Source of the DNA: Longivirga aurantiaca
GTDB lineage: Bacteria > Actinomycetota > Actinomycetes > S36-B12 > CAIYMF01
DNA length: 32,000 nucleotides
Direction: 5' to 3'
Assembly (NCBI RefSeq): GCF_042660085.1
Contig: NZ_JBHSTI010000008.1
Coordinates: 1,779,876-1,811,875 of the forward strand
Shown here one piece after another: positions 1-8,481 of the stretch (position 1 is its first letter; each line of letters opens with the position of its first letter). Under the pieces are notes generated by a model. It was given only the letters and a program-made list of their open reading frames with translations. It was not told the DNA's origin and made no database searches. A program made the translations under genes and the position numbers.

Positions 1-651
1 GAAGAAGGAGTGCGGCGCACCGTCGTACACGTGCCGCTCAGCGTCGACGCCGCGGGCGGTGAGCCCCGCGATGAGGTCGTCGAAGCTCTCGGGCGCGATG
101 CTCTGGTCTGCGCCCGCGAGCAGCATGAGGATCGGCGCCCGCACCTGGTCGGCCACGGGGTCGACGGTGTCGACGCTGCCGTAGAAGCCGATCGCGCCGT
201 CGAGGCCGGGCTGGTCGGCCGCCTGGCGGTAGGAGTTGCGGCCGCCGAAGCAGAAGCCGACGGTGAACACCGACTCGGCACCGTCGGCGCGGAGCTTGTC
301 GATGCACGCGGCGACGTCGGCCGCGATGCCGGGCTGGGTGGTCTGCGGGATGTGCGTCTGCCAGTCGAAGCCCTCGGCGCGGTCGTCGGAGTCCGCCGTA
401 CGGCCGAACCAGTCGAAGGCGACGGCGTGGAAGCCGGCCTCGGCGAACCGCTCGGCGAGGTGCTTGTAGTAGTGGTGCAGGCCGCGGATGTCGGGGAGGA
501 TCACGATCCCCTTCGTCGACGGCGCGGCCGGGTGCGCCTCGTACGCCAGGAAGCTGTTGCCGTCGGCGGCGGTGAGGCGCAGGTCGCCGTGGGCGCCGAC
601 CTCCCCCTGGCGCGGCGGTGCGGGCGGGCGGGACTCGTCGCTGTGGCACAT
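1..651 (-). CDS. dienelactone hydrolase family protein (partial; C-terminus runs off the left edge)
   Basis: Absent from the ORF track because it has no stop inside the window. Hand translation of the minus strand from ATG at 651 gives 217 stop-free codons down to base 1: MCHSDESRPPAPP...STKGIVILPDIRGLHHYYKHLAERFAEAGFHAVAFDWFGRT...VFTVGFCFGGRNSY...APILMLLAGADQ...YDGAPHSFF. It has a G-x-C-x-G nucleophile elbow (GFCFGG) and an alpha/beta-hydrolase layout typical of DLH. GC3 is near 100% in this frame. Track ORFs 10..732(+) and 38..649(-) are Arg/Ala-rich wrong-frame products. Confidence 0.75.
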   Translation of the reverse strand, partial: MCHSDESRPPAPPRQGEVGAHGDLRLTAADGNSFLAYEAHPAAPSTKGIVILPDIRGLHHYYKHLAERFAEAGFHAVAFDWFGRTADSDDRAEGFDWQTHIPQTTQPGIAADVAACIDKLRADGAESVFTVGFCFGGRNSYRQAADQPGLDGAIGFYGSVDTVDPVADQVRAPILMLLAGADQSIAPESFDDLIAGLTARGVDAERHVYDGAPHSFF

Positions 652-811
652 GGCTCGGACCCTACGTCGGCTGGGCACACCCTGGACCGAGGAACCGCGC
701 GATCAGTGAAGGCCGGATGTGTTGCGCTCTGAGCAACGAAGTCCCTACCGGGCGAGGGCTTCGTCCAGTGTCGCCCGGCGGGGGCCCGTTCCTTCATCGC
801 GACCGATCGGG

Positions 812-1591
812 TTAGGGCATGACGCCGGGGATGCCGCCGTCGAGGCGGAACTCGCTGCGCTCGATGCGCGGCGAGACCGCGGCGAGGGCCTCGGGGAGCG
901 TGAAGGCGCCGGCGTACAGCGCCTTGCCGACGATCGCGCCCTCGACGCCGATGCCGACGAGCTCGGCGATCGCGTGCAGGTCGGCCAGCGACGAGACGCC
1001 GCCGGAGGCCACGACCGGCTTGTCGGTGCGCTCGCACACCTCGCGCAGCAGGTCGAGGTTGGGGCCGGTGAGCGTGCCGTCCTTGCGGACGTCGGTCACC
1101 ACGTAGCGAGCGCACCCCTCGGAGTCCAGGCGTGCCAGCACCTCCCAGAGGTCGCCGCCGTCCTCCGTCCAGCCTCGCGCGGCGAGGGTCGTGCCGCGTA
1201 CGTCGAGACCCACGGCGACGCGGTCGCCGTGCTCCGCGATCGCACGTGCGCACCACTCGGGGTTCTCGAGCGCCGCGGTGCCGATGTTGACACGCGTGCA
1301 CCCGGTGGCGAGCGCGGCGCGCAGCGACTCGTCGTCGCGGATGCCGCCGCTCATCTCGACCTTGATGTCCATGCGGCCGACCACCTCGGCGAGCAGCGCG
1401 GCGTTCGAGCCGCGGCCGAAGGCGGCGTCGAGGTCGACGAGGTGGATCCACTCGGCGCCCTGCTCCTGCCACGCGAGCGCGGCCTCGAGCGGATCGCCGT
1501 ACGACGTCTCGCTGCCGGCCTCCCCCTGCACGAGACGGACGGCCTGACCGTCGGCGACGTCGACTGCGGGGAGGAGCTCGAGGTAGGTCAT
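812..1591 (-). CDS. priA: phosphoribosyl isomerase A, bifunctional HisA/TrpF-type (ProFAR isomerase)
   Basis: 259 aa: [24 protein letters not shown]...SGGIRD...[11 protein letters not shown]...[11 protein letters not shown], the classic HisA (beta/alpha)8 motifs. Last gene of the his cluster. ATG at 1591, TAA at 812. About 17 extra C-terminal residues relative to the length I remember for this family. Confidence 0.9.
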   Translation of the reverse strand: MTYLELLPAVDVADGQAVRLVQGEAGSETSYGDPLEAALAWQEQGAEWIHLVDLDAAFGRGSNAALLAEVVGRMDIKVEMSGGIRDDESLRAALATGCTRVNIGTAALENPEWCARAIAEHGDRVAVGLDVRGTTLAARGWTEDGGDLWEVLARLDSEGCARYVVTDVRKDGTLTGPNLDLLREVCERTDKPVVASGGVSSLADLHAIAELVGIGVEGAIVGKALYAGAFTLPEALAAVSPRIERSEFRLDGGIPGVMP

Positions 1592-1718
1592 GCCCTCAGC
1601 CTAACGAGCGCCTCCGAGGCCGGGCCGCGTCGGTAGCCACGCCCGCGCTACTCCGGGATAGAGGTCGGGACGTGCAGTTGAACTGACGTGATCGACCCTC
1701 AGGGCCCAGAAGTGCAGG

Positions 1719-2081
1719 TCAGACGGCGCGGTCGTAGAGCAGGACGCGGACGACGGGGAGGATCAGGAGCGAGAGCAGGAAGACCCAGAGGCGCGCCGAC
1801 CAGTCGGGCAGGAACCACCAGACCACGGCCTGCACCGCGACGAAGAGCACGAGCAGCACGAGGAAGCGACGCCGACGGCGGGGTGCCAGCGGGTCGTTCG
1901 GCGGGAACTTGCGGCGCCACCACCGGCCGAACCGCGTGCGGGCCTTGCCGACCGGCTCGGTCACCGTGCCCGCGACCGCTGCCCGCTGGGCGGCACGCCT
2001 GCGGCTGCGGTCGCGCTTGTCGCGCTCCGCCGCCGCCGCGGCCTCGCGCTCGGCGCGACGACGCGCCCGCTCCTTGCTCAT
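1719..2081 (-). CDS. small hypothetical membrane protein (Arg/Lys-rich N-terminus plus 2 predicted TM helices)
   Basis: 120 aa, read out of the tail of track ORF 1719..2597. The ATG at 2081 overlaps the hisH TGA as ATGA. Sequence [32 protein letters not shown]...[19 protein letters not shown]...[25 protein letters not shown]3 very high in this frame. No family recognised. Confidence 0.55.
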   Translation of the reverse strand: MSKERARRRAEREAAAAAERDKRDRSRRRAAQRAAVAGTVTEPVGKARTRFGRWWRRKFPPNDPLAPRRRRRFLVLLVLFVAVQAVVWWFLPDWSARLWVFLLSLLILPVVRVLLYDRAV

Positions 2082-2716
2082 GAGCGCAGGGTGGCGACCC
2101 AGTTGGCCAGCACGCGCGCGCCGGCGTCCCCGGACTTCTCGGGGTGGAACTGGGTGGCGGCCAACGGGCCGTTCTCGACCGCGGCCACGAACGGCTCGCC
2201 GTGCGTCGCCCAGGTGACGAGGGGCGCGCGCAGCTTGTCGTTCGTGGGCTCGAGCTCCCACCGGCGTACGCCGTAGGAGTGCACGAAGTAGAAGCGCTCG
2301 CCCTCGACGCCCTCGAACAGGGTCGAGCCGGACGGCACGTCGACCGTGTTCCAGCCCATGTGCGGGAGCACGGGCGCGTGCAGCTCCTCGACGACGCCGG
2401 GCCACTCCCCCATGCCCTCGGTGTCCACGCCATGCTCGACGCCGTGCTCGAACAGCACCTGCATGCCGACGCAGATGCCGAGCACGGGCCGGCCGCCGGA
2501 GAGGCGGCGCCCGACGATCTCGTGGCCCTTGACCGCGCGGATGCCGGCCATGCACGCGGCGAACGCGCCCACGCCGGGGACGACGAGACCGTCGCACTCC
2601 AGCGCGGCCTCGCGGTCGGCCGTGACGGTGACCTCGGCGCCCGCCCGCACGAGCGCGCGCTCGGCCGAGAGGATGTTGCCCGACCCGTAGTCGAGCACCA
2701 CGACGCTGGGGCTCAT
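2078..2716 (-). CDS. hisH: imidazole glycerol phosphate synthase, glutamine amidotransferase subunit
   Basis: 212 aa. Class-I GATase motifs: [21 protein letters not shown] (nucleophile Cys), FHPEKS. Located between hisB and priA. Confidence 0.95.
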   Translation of the reverse strand: MSPSVVVLDYGSGNILSAERALVRAGAEVTVTADREAALECDGLVVPGVGAFAACMAGIRAVKGHEIVGRRLSGGRPVLGICVGMQVLFEHGVEHGVDTEGMGEWPGVVEELHAPVLPHMGWNTVDVPSGSTLFEGVEGERFYFVHSYGVRRWELEPTNDKLRAPLVTWATHGEPFVAAVENGPLAATQFHPEKSGDAGARVLANWVATLRS

Positions 2717-2720
2717 GGGA

Positions 2721-2873
2721 TCAGCCCTGCTTCGGGAGCCACGCCATGGCGGCTGCGAACGACAGCGCGGCGCCGCTGGCGAGCACCATCGCGGGCAGCC
2801 AGCGACGGTTGCGCGCGAACGAGATCACACCGCCGACGAGGACCCCGGCGAGCACGAGCATGGCGACCCACAC
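2721..2873 (-). CDS. small hypothetical membrane protein (2 predicted TM helices)
   Basis: Fills the hisB-hisH gap. In-frame GTG at 2873 lies 4 nt after the hisB TAG (alternative ATG 2861; the track uses an upstream start at 2906 that overlaps hisB). Its stop is 4 nt before the his[54 protein letters not shown]. High GC3. Start uncertain. Confidence 0.45.
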   Translation of the reverse strand: MWVAMLVLAGVLVGGVISFARNRRWLPAMVLASGAALSFAAAMAWLPKQG

Positions 2874-2877
2874 GGGA

Positions 2878-3465
2878 CTACAGCGATCCCTTCGTGCTCG
2901 GCACACCGACCACGCGCGGGTCGATCTCGACGGCGGTGCGCAGCGCGCGCGCGAACGCCTTGAACTGCGTCTCGACGACGTGGTGCGCGTTGCGGCCGGC
3001 GAGCACCTTGACGTGCAGCGTGATGCGCGACTCCGCGACGATCGACTCGAAGATGTGCTTGGTCAGCGTGGTGTCGTACGAGCCGATGAGCTCGACGATC
3101 TCCGGCTCGTCGTGCACGAGGTAGGGGCGGCCGGAGAGGTCGACGGCGACCTGCACGAGAGCCTCGTCGAGCGGCACGAGCGAGTCGCCGTAGCGACGGA
3201 TGCCCGCCTTGTCGCCGAGCGCCTCGCGCAGGGCCTGGCCGAGGGCCAGCGACGTGTCCTCGACGGTGTGGTGCGCATCGACCTCGAGGTCGCCCTTCGT
3301 GCGCACGACGAGGTCGAAGCCTCCGTGCTTCCCGATCTGGGCGAGCATGTGGTCGAAGAAGGGCACGCCCGTCTCGACGTCGGCAGTGCCGCTGCCGTCG
3401 ATCTCGAGCTCGACGAGGACGTCGCTCTCCTTGGTCGTGCGCTGCACGCGCGCGGACCTGCTCAT
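2878..3465 (-). CDS. hisB: imidazoleglycerol-phosphate dehydratase
   Basis: 195 aa from ATG 3465, which overlaps the hisC TGA as ATGA: [24 protein letters not shown]...FFDHML...DAHHTVED...GRNAHH. These are canonical IGPD His-rich metal motifs. The 265-aa N-terminal extension in the track is Arg-rich junk. Confidence 0.95.
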   Translation of the reverse strand: MSRSARVQRTTKESDVLVELEIDGSGTADVETGVPFFDHMLAQIGKHGGFDLVVRTKGDLEVDAHHTVEDTSLALGQALREALGDKAGIRRYGDSLVPLDEALVQVAVDLSGRPYLVHDEPEIVELIGSYDTTLTKHIFESIVAESRITLHVKVLAGRNAHHVVETQFKAFARALRTAVEIDPRVVGVPSTKGSL

Positions 3466-4550
3466 GCCGTGACCTCCTCCAGCGCGGCGCGGAACGCCGC
3501 GTTCTCCTCGGGTGTGCCGACGCTCACCCGCAAGTACGACTCGGGACCGGTCTCCCGGATCAGGACGCCGCGCTCGAGCAGCCCCTGCCAGATCGCGTGC
3601 CGGTCCTCGAAGTGCCCGAACAGCACGAAGTTCGCGTCGCTGTCCGGTACGGCGTGGCCGCGCGCTCGAAGCCACGCGACGAGTGCGTCGCGCTCGGACC
3701 GCAGCAGAGCCACCTGCGCCTGCAGCTCGTCCGCGTGCGCGAGCGCCGTGCGCGCGACGGCCTGCGTGACGGCGGACAGGTGGTACGGCAGGCGCACGAG
3801 CTGCACCGCCTGCACCACCGCGGGCGACGCGGCGAGGTAGCCGAGGCGCGCTCCGGCGAGGCCGAACGCCTTGCTCATCGTGCGGGTGACGACCAGGCGC
3901 GGGTGGTCGGCGAGCAGCTCGAGCGAGCTCGGGGTGCCGTCGCGGCGGAACTCGGCGTACGCCTCATCGACGACGACCATGCCGGGTGCGGCATCGAGCA
4001 CGGCTCGGACGACGTCGAGCCCCAGCGGGGTGCCCGTGGGGTTGTTGGGCGAGGCGAGCAGCACGATGTCGGGCCGGTGCGCCTCGATCGCGAACACCGC
4101 GGCGACGGGGTCGACGCGGAAGTCGGCGTCGCGCGGGATGGTCACGTAGCGCGTGAACGTGTCGCGGCAGTACTCCGGGTACATCGAGTACGTCGGCGTG
4201 AAGCCCAGCGCCGTCCGGCCCGGGCCGCCGAACGCGAGCATCAGCTGGTGCATGACCTCGTTGCTGCCGTTGGCGGGCCAGAGCTGGTCGCCCGTGAGGG
4301 CCACGCCGCTCTCGCGCCCGAGGTACGTCGCGAGGTCCGCGCGCAGCGCCACGGCGTCGCGGTCGGGGTAGCGGTTGAGGCCTCGCGTGGCATCGGCGAC
4401 GGCGGCGGCGACGTCTGCGACGAGCGACTCGGACGGCGCGAACGGGTTCTCGTTCACGTTGAGGCGCGCCGCGACGTCGAGCTGCGGGGCGCCGTACGGC
4501 ACCTGACCTCGCAGGTCGTCACGCACCGGGAGGTCGTCGAGGTGGGTCAT
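3462..4550 (-). CDS. hisC: histidinol-phosphate aminotransferase
   Basis: 362 aa: [30 protein letters not shown] (PLP lysine motif). Class-II aminotransferase in his-operon context. Confidence 0.95.
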   Translation of the reverse strand: MTHLDDLPVRDDLRGQVPYGAPQLDVAARLNVNENPFAPSESLVADVAAAVADATRGLNRYPDRDAVALRADLATYLGRESGVALTGDQLWPANGSNEVMHQLMLAFGGPGRTALGFTPTYSMYPEYCRDTFTRYVTIPRDADFRVDPVAAVFAIEAHRPDIVLLASPNNPTGTPLGLDVVRAVLDAAPGMVVVDEAYAEFRRDGTPSSLELLADHPRLVVTRTMSKAFGLAGARLGYLAASPAVVQAVQLVRLPYHLSAVTQAVARTALAHADELQAQVALLRSERDALVAWLRARGHAVPDSDANFVLFGHFEDRHAIWQGLLERGVLIRETGPESYLRVSVGTPEENAAFRAALEEVTA

Positions 4551-4551
4551 C

Positions 4552-5856
4552 TCAGCCGCCGCTCGGACGGTTGACGCGCACCTCGACGGCCGCTGCGTGG
4601 CCGGGGAGGTCCTCGGCGTTGGCGAGCGCGATGACGTGGTGGGCGACGTCGCGCAGCGCGTCGGCGTCGTAGTCGATCACGTGGATCCCGCGCAGGAACG
4701 TCTGCACGGACAGGCCCGACGAGTGGCACGCGCATCCGCCGGTGGGCAGGACGTGGTTGGAGCCGGCGGCGTAGTCGCCGAGGGAGACGGGTGCGTGCGC
4801 GCCCACGAAGATCGCACCCGCGTTGCGCACGCGGAGCGCCACCTCGCGCGCGTCGCGCGTCTGGATCTCGAGGTGCTCGGCGGCGTACGCGTCGACGACC
4901 GCGAGCCCGGCGTCGAGCGTGTCGACGAGCACGATCCCGCTCTGCGACCCGGCGAGCGCCTCGGCGATGCGCTCGCTGTGCTTGGTGGCCGGCACCTGGA
5001 TCGCCAGCTCGGCCTCGACTGCGTCGGCGAGCTCGATGCTCGTGGTGACGAGCACGCTGGCTGCGATGACGTCGTGCTCGGCCTGGCTGATGAGGTCGGC
5101 GGCGACGTACGCGGCGTCGGCGGTGTCGTCGGCGAGGACTGCGATCTCGGTGGGGCCGGCCTCGGAGTCGATGCCGATACGGCCCTTGAGCAGTCGCTTG
5201 GCCGCGGTGACGTAGATGTTGCCCGGGCCGGTGACCATGTAGACGGGGGCGACGTCCTCGGTGCCGTAGGCGAACATCGCGACCGCCTGGGCCCCGCCGG
5301 CGGCGTACACCTCGTGCACGTCGAGCAGCGCGCACGCGGCGAGGATCGTGGGGTGGGGCAGGCCGCCGAAGTCCTTCTGCGGCGGGCTGGCGACGGCGAA
5401 CGATGCGACGCCGGCGACCTGGGCCGGGACGACGTTCATGACCACCGAGCTCGGGTAGACCGCGCGACCCCCGGGCACGTAGAGGCCGACGCGCTCCACG
5501 GGGAGCCACCGCTCGGTGACCGAGCCGCCGGGGACGACCTGAGTCGTGGTGTCGGTGCGCCGCTGGTCCTCGTGCACCAGCCGAGCGCGACGGATCGCCT
5601 CCTCGAGGGCCGCCCGGACCGCCGGATCGAGGTTCGCGAGCGCGGAGTCGAGCGCCGCCTGCGGGACGCGCAGGCTCGGGGGGCGGACGCCGTCGAGCTT
5701 CTCGCCCCACTCGAGCACCGCCTCGGTGCCGCGCTGGCGCACGTCCTCGACGATGGGCCGCACGGTGTGGAGCACGCTCTCGACGTCGACGGCCGCGCGC
5801 GGCAGCACGTCACGGGGGTCGACGGACGAGCCCCTGAGGTCGATGCGGCGGATCAC
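4552..5856 (-). CDS. hisD: histidinol dehydrogenase
   Basis: 434 aa from in-frame GTG 5856 (VIRRIDLRG..., a typical actinobacterial HisD N-terminus). The track ORF extends 59 junk codons upstream. Motifs [24 protein letters not shown]. Stop is 1 nt before the hisC ATG. No obvious SD before the GTG. Confidence 0.93.
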   Translation of the reverse strand: MIRRIDLRGSSVDPRDVLPRAAVDVESVLHTVRPIVEDVRQRGTEAVLEWGEKLDGVRPPSLRVPQAALDSALANLDPAVRAALEEAIRRARLVHEDQRRTDTTTQVVPGGSVTERWLPVERVGLYVPGGRAVYPSSVVMNVVPAQVAGVASFAVASPPQKDFGGLPHPTILAACALLDVHEVYAAGGAQAVAMFAYGTEDVAPVYMVTGPGNIYVTAAKRLLKGRIGIDSEAGPTEIAVLADDTADAAYVAADLISQAEHDVIAASVLVTTSIELADAVEAELAIQVPATKHSERIAEALAGSQSGIVLVDTLDAGLAVVDAYAAEHLEIQTRDAREVALRVRNAGAIFVGAHAPVSLGDYAAGSNHVLPTGGCACHSSGLSVQTFLRGIHVIDYDADALRDVAHHVIALANAEDLPGHAAAVEVRVNRPSGG

Positions 5857-5977
5857 GCCGGCCAGTCTACGGAGGGCGGCCTCCGCGACCCACCCGAGTA
5901 CTGGCCGGAGTCCGCCCCCTGAGATGCCGGGCGGGGGCGGGGATGCGCCGCACCGGCACGTGCGCCACGCTGGGACC

Positions 5978-6673
5978 GTGACGAGCAGGCGGGTGGGCGA
6001 GCGCGCTGTCATCCCGCTGTTCCCCCTCGGCACGGTGCTGGTGCCCGGTCTCGTGCTCCCGCTGCACGTCTTCGAGCCCCGCTACCGCCGGCTGCTGGCC
6101 GACCTCGCCGAGCGCCCGGAGGACGAGCGCGGCTTCGGCGTCGTGGCCATCCGCGAGGGCCACGAGGTGGGCGAGGACGGCGCGAAGGCGCTGCACGAGG
6201 TCGGCACGCTGGCGCTGCTGCGCTCGGTCGTGCCGTGGCCCGACGGTCGCGCGGACATCATGACCAACGGCGACGCCCGCTTCCGCGTGCTCCGCCTGGC
6301 CGACGAGGGCACGCCGTACACCTGCGCCGAGATCGAGTGGCTGGGCGAGGAGGACGGCGACGCCGACACCCACCTCGTGGCGCAGGCCGTGAGCGACCGG
6401 TTCGACGAGTACCGCGCCGCGGTGGCGGGCGCGGGGGCCGTCGAGGCGGCGCAGATGCTCGCCCTCTCGGAGGACCCGCGCATGCTGTCGTACCTCGTCG
6501 CCGCCGCGATGGTGCTCGACCTCCGCGACCGCCAGCGGCTGCTCGAGCTCCCGACCACGAGCGAGCGGCTCCGGGCCGAGATGGCGCTGCTCGCGCGCGA
6601 GAACGTGATGATGCGCGAGCTGCCCTCCCTCCCGGCGATCGACCTCGCGCGCACATCGAGCGGCATGAACTGA
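5978..6673 (+). CDS. LON peptidase substrate-binding (Lon N-terminal) domain-only protein
   Basis: [32 protein letters not shown] is the hallmark opening of the Lon N-domain/PUA-like fold. There is no AAA or protease domain. Start ambiguous: GTG 5978 is chosen because the motif normally sits near the N-terminus. In-frame alternatives are ATG 5924 and GTG 5993; none has a good SD. The track ORF from 5546 is antisense read-through of hisD. Confidence 0.78.
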   Translation: MTSRRVGERAVIPLFPLGTVLVPGLVLPLHVFEPRYRRLLADLAERPEDERGFGVVAIREGHEVGEDGAKALHEVGTLALLRSVVPWPDGRADIMTNGDARFRVLRLADEGTPYTCAEIEWLGEEDGDADTHLVAQAVSDRFDEYRAAVAGAGAVEAAQMLALSEDPRMLSYLVAAAMVLDLRDRQRLLELPTTSERLRAEMALLARENVMMRELPSLPAIDLARTSSGMN

Positions 6674-6685
6674 CACCCTGGCCAG

Positions 6686-7045
6686 ATGACCCCCGTCGAC
6701 GGCGAGCAGGCACGGCTCGCCCTCGCGGCGGCCACGAGCGCCGAGGCGGTGCTCCCGTTCTTCGAGGAGGCCTCCCCGGGCGACCACCGCCCGGCCGACG
6801 CGATCGAGGCGGCGCGGGCGTGGGCCCGGGGCGAGATCACCGTCGACTCCGCCCGCCAGGCGGCGTACGGCGCCCACACCGCGGCCCGCGAGGCGCACAC
6901 CGCGGCTGCGGTGGCCGCAGCACGTTCTGCCGGCCATGCCGCCGCGACGGCGGAGAACGCGGGCCATGCGCCGCACGCCCAGCAGTACGCCGACCGCGCG
7001 GCCGCCGAGCAGGCGCGCGTCGACGGGAGCCTGTCGTCTCCGTGA
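6686..7045 (+). CDS. Ala-rich helical protein resembling the actinobacterial Imm-5-like putative immunity family (often mis-annotated as exonuclease SbcC)
   Basis: 119 aa, ATG 12 nt after the previous stop. The pattern AEAVLPFFEE...DHRPADAIEAARAWARGE...ARQAAYGAHTAAREA...AARSAGHAAATAENAGHAPHA matches my memory of that family (VLP.FE, D.RP..AIEAA..WA.GE, AH.AAREA, AGHA..TAH.AGHA). Family assignment is by recollection only. The protein is shorter than the length I remember for this family. Confidence 0.5.
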   Translation: MTPVDGEQARLALAAATSAEAVLPFFEEASPGDHRPADAIEAARAWARGEITVDSARQAAYGAHTAAREAHTAAAVAAARSAGHAAATAENAGHAPHAQQYADRAAAEQARVDGSLSSP

Positions 7046-7070
7046 GCACGGAGTCCGCGATGATGCGGGC

Positions 7071-7562
7071 GTGAGCAAGAAGCCCTCCCCCGGCGGCACG
7101 CCCGCCACCGTGGCCCTGAGCGCCGCCGGTGTCGCCTTCACCGCCCACGCGTACGAGCACGACCCCTCGGCGCCGTCGTACGGCCTCGAGGCGGCCGAGG
7201 TGCTCGGGCTCCCGGCCGAGCAGGTGTTCAAGACGCTGCTGGCCGACGTCGACGGCTCCCTGGTGGTCGCGATCGTGCCGGTCGCCGGCAAGCTCGACCT
7301 CAAGGCCCTGGCCGCAGCCGTCGGCGGCAAGAAGGCCGCGATGGCTGACCCGCACCTCGCCGAGCGCACCACCGGCTACGTGGTCGGCGGCATCAGCCCG
7401 CTCGGGCAGAGGAAGCTGCTGCCGACGGTGCTGGACGAGACGGCGATCCTCTACGACACCGTCTACGTCAGCGGCGGGCGCCGCGGCTTCGACCTCGGCC
7501 TCGCACCCGACGACCTCGTCGCGCTCACGTCCGCGATCACGGCCGACATCGCCCGCGGCTGA
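7071..7562 (+). CDS. ybaK: Cys-tRNA(Pro)/Cys-tRNA(Cys) deacylase YbaK
   Basis: 163 aa from in-frame GTG 7071: VSKKPSPGGTPATVALSAAGVAFTAHAYEHD...FKTLL...GYVVGGISPLGQRK...VSGGRRG. This is YbaK/EbsC INS-like editing domain signature. The track start at 6936 overlaps the upstream gene and is rejected. Confidence 0.85.
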   Translation: MSKKPSPGGTPATVALSAAGVAFTAHAYEHDPSAPSYGLEAAEVLGLPAEQVFKTLLADVDGSLVVAIVPVAGKLDLKALAAAVGGKKAAMADPHLAERTTGYVVGGISPLGQRKLLPTVLDETAILYDTVYVSGGRRGFDLGLAPDDLVALTSAITADIARG

Positions 7563-8127
7563 CGGCGACGCCGGCTGCCCAGCCAGGCGCGCGCCCGCCC
7601 GCCGGCGGACGCAGCCCGTCGACCGGGATGCCCGAGCTGACCAGCAGCCAGGCGACGAGCGAGTTGGAGTTCCACATCTCCCCCACCCGCTGCTCGTCGC
7701 GACCCCAGACGCAGGTCGGGAACGATGGAGCCAGGTCGAGGATCCGTGCGGCCACCCGTTCGTCCTCGCTGACGCGGTGCGCCCCGCCGACGGCGTAAGC
7801 GCGGTCCGGGATGACGCCGTCCCGCCAGCAGTGCACCTCGTAGCGGAAGTACTTCGAGCGGCCAAGGACGCGCAGGCCCACCGGACCCGATGTCACGGCC
7901 CCGACGTCGCTGTGGCCCGGGCCCCAGGCCGGGGTCATCTCGACGACGTAGCGCACCCCGCCGGCGACCACCTCGAGGGCGGCGTGGAAGAGGTCGGTCC
8001 GTGGTCGGCGTTGGCGCCAGGCGCTGATCGCCTCGTACGCAAGTCCGTTCCAGCGCACCACGGGAACCCGGGAACCTGCGCCGAGCGGGATCCAGAGCAG
8101 GTCGACGCCGGATGTGGTGCGGTCCAT
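7537..8127 (-). CDS. conserved hypothetical protein (no family recognised)
   Basis: 196 aa from ATG 8127 (the track uses TTG 8136; GTG 8130 is also in frame): MDRTTSGVDLLWIPLGAG...LFHAALEV...FRYEVHCWRDG...GEMWNSNSLVAWLL. No signal peptide or TM helix is evident, and GC3 is high. The 3' end overlaps the convergent ybaK by 26 nt. The ATG is 19 nt downstream of the previous stop. Confidence 0.6.
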   Translation of the reverse strand: MDRTTSGVDLLWIPLGAGSRVPVVRWNGLAYEAISAWRQRRPRTDLFHAALEVVAGGVRYVVEMTPAWGPGHSDVGAVTSGPVGLRVLGRSKYFRYEVHCWRDGVIPDRAYAVGGAHRVSEDERVAARILDLAPSFPTCVWGRDEQRVGEMWNSNSLVAWLLVSSGIPVDGLRPPAGGRAPGWAAGVAVSRGRCRP

Positions 8128-8146
8128 CACGTCCAACCCCCTGCCG

Positions 8147-8356
8147 TCAGAGCCCGCGCTCGCGCGCCTCGCGCTCGAGCCGGTCGAGCGCCTCGTCTAC
8201 GGCCTCCGTGTCGTAAGCGTGCCGGGACACCGTGGCGAACCGCGCCCCGCGGATCGCGGACGCCGACAGCCCCCGTGCATTGGCCATGAACCGGTCGACC
8301 TCCGCCGCGTCGTAGCCGGGCCCGGCAGCCTTCGGGAAGGCCCCGCCGGCGCGCAC
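8147..8356 (-). CDS. small DivIVA-motif protein (two tandem DivIVA N-domain-like repeats); minimal call, true start possibly upstream
   Basis: 69 aa from the only canonical in-frame start, GTG 8356: VRAGGAFPKAAGPGYDAAEVDRFMANARGLSASAIRGARFATVSRHAYDTEAVDEALDRLEREARERGL. F-x5-GYD-x2-EVD-x-F and F-x6-YD-x3-VD-x2-LDRL match the DivIVA N-terminal motif. The frame stays open with about 95% GC3 up to 8482, with no ATG/GTG/TTG in that stretch (see findings). Confidence 0.55.
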   Translation of the reverse strand: MRAGGAFPKAAGPGYDAAEVDRFMANARGLSASAIRGARFATVSRHAYDTEAVDEALDRLEREARERGL

Positions 8357-8481
8357 GCCGGGGGGCAGCGCCGACGCCGGCCCGTGCGGCAGCAGCGGCG
8401 CCGAGCCGCCGTGGCTCCGCGCGAGCTCCTCGGCCGCACCCTCGGCCGCCGGCCGTGGCCACCACGAGGTGAAGTCGGGGA

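Noticed and set aside
10-732. 240-aa plus-strand ORF and 203-aa minus ORF (38..649) at the left edge.
   Set aside because: The third minus frame (ATG 651 down to base 1) encodes a clean dienelactone-hydrolase sequence. The two listed ORFs are wrong-frame products of the same DNA.
652-811. Several short stems (GTTGC-N7-GCAAC; CCGGGCGA-N15-TCGCCCGG) in the priA-DLH spacer, considered as an sRNA or riboswitch.
   Set aside because: They are plausibly just a priA terminator region. The stems are short, I recognise no conserved motif, and no flanking promoter-like sequence was seen.
5857-5977. Looked for a His T-box or attenuator leader upstream of hisD, which I recall being reported for some Corynebacteriales his operons.
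   Set aside because: The divergent gap is only 67-136 nt depending on the neighbour's start. No GGUGGUACCGCG-like T-box sequence, His-codon run or terminator hairpin is visible on the hisD-sense strand.
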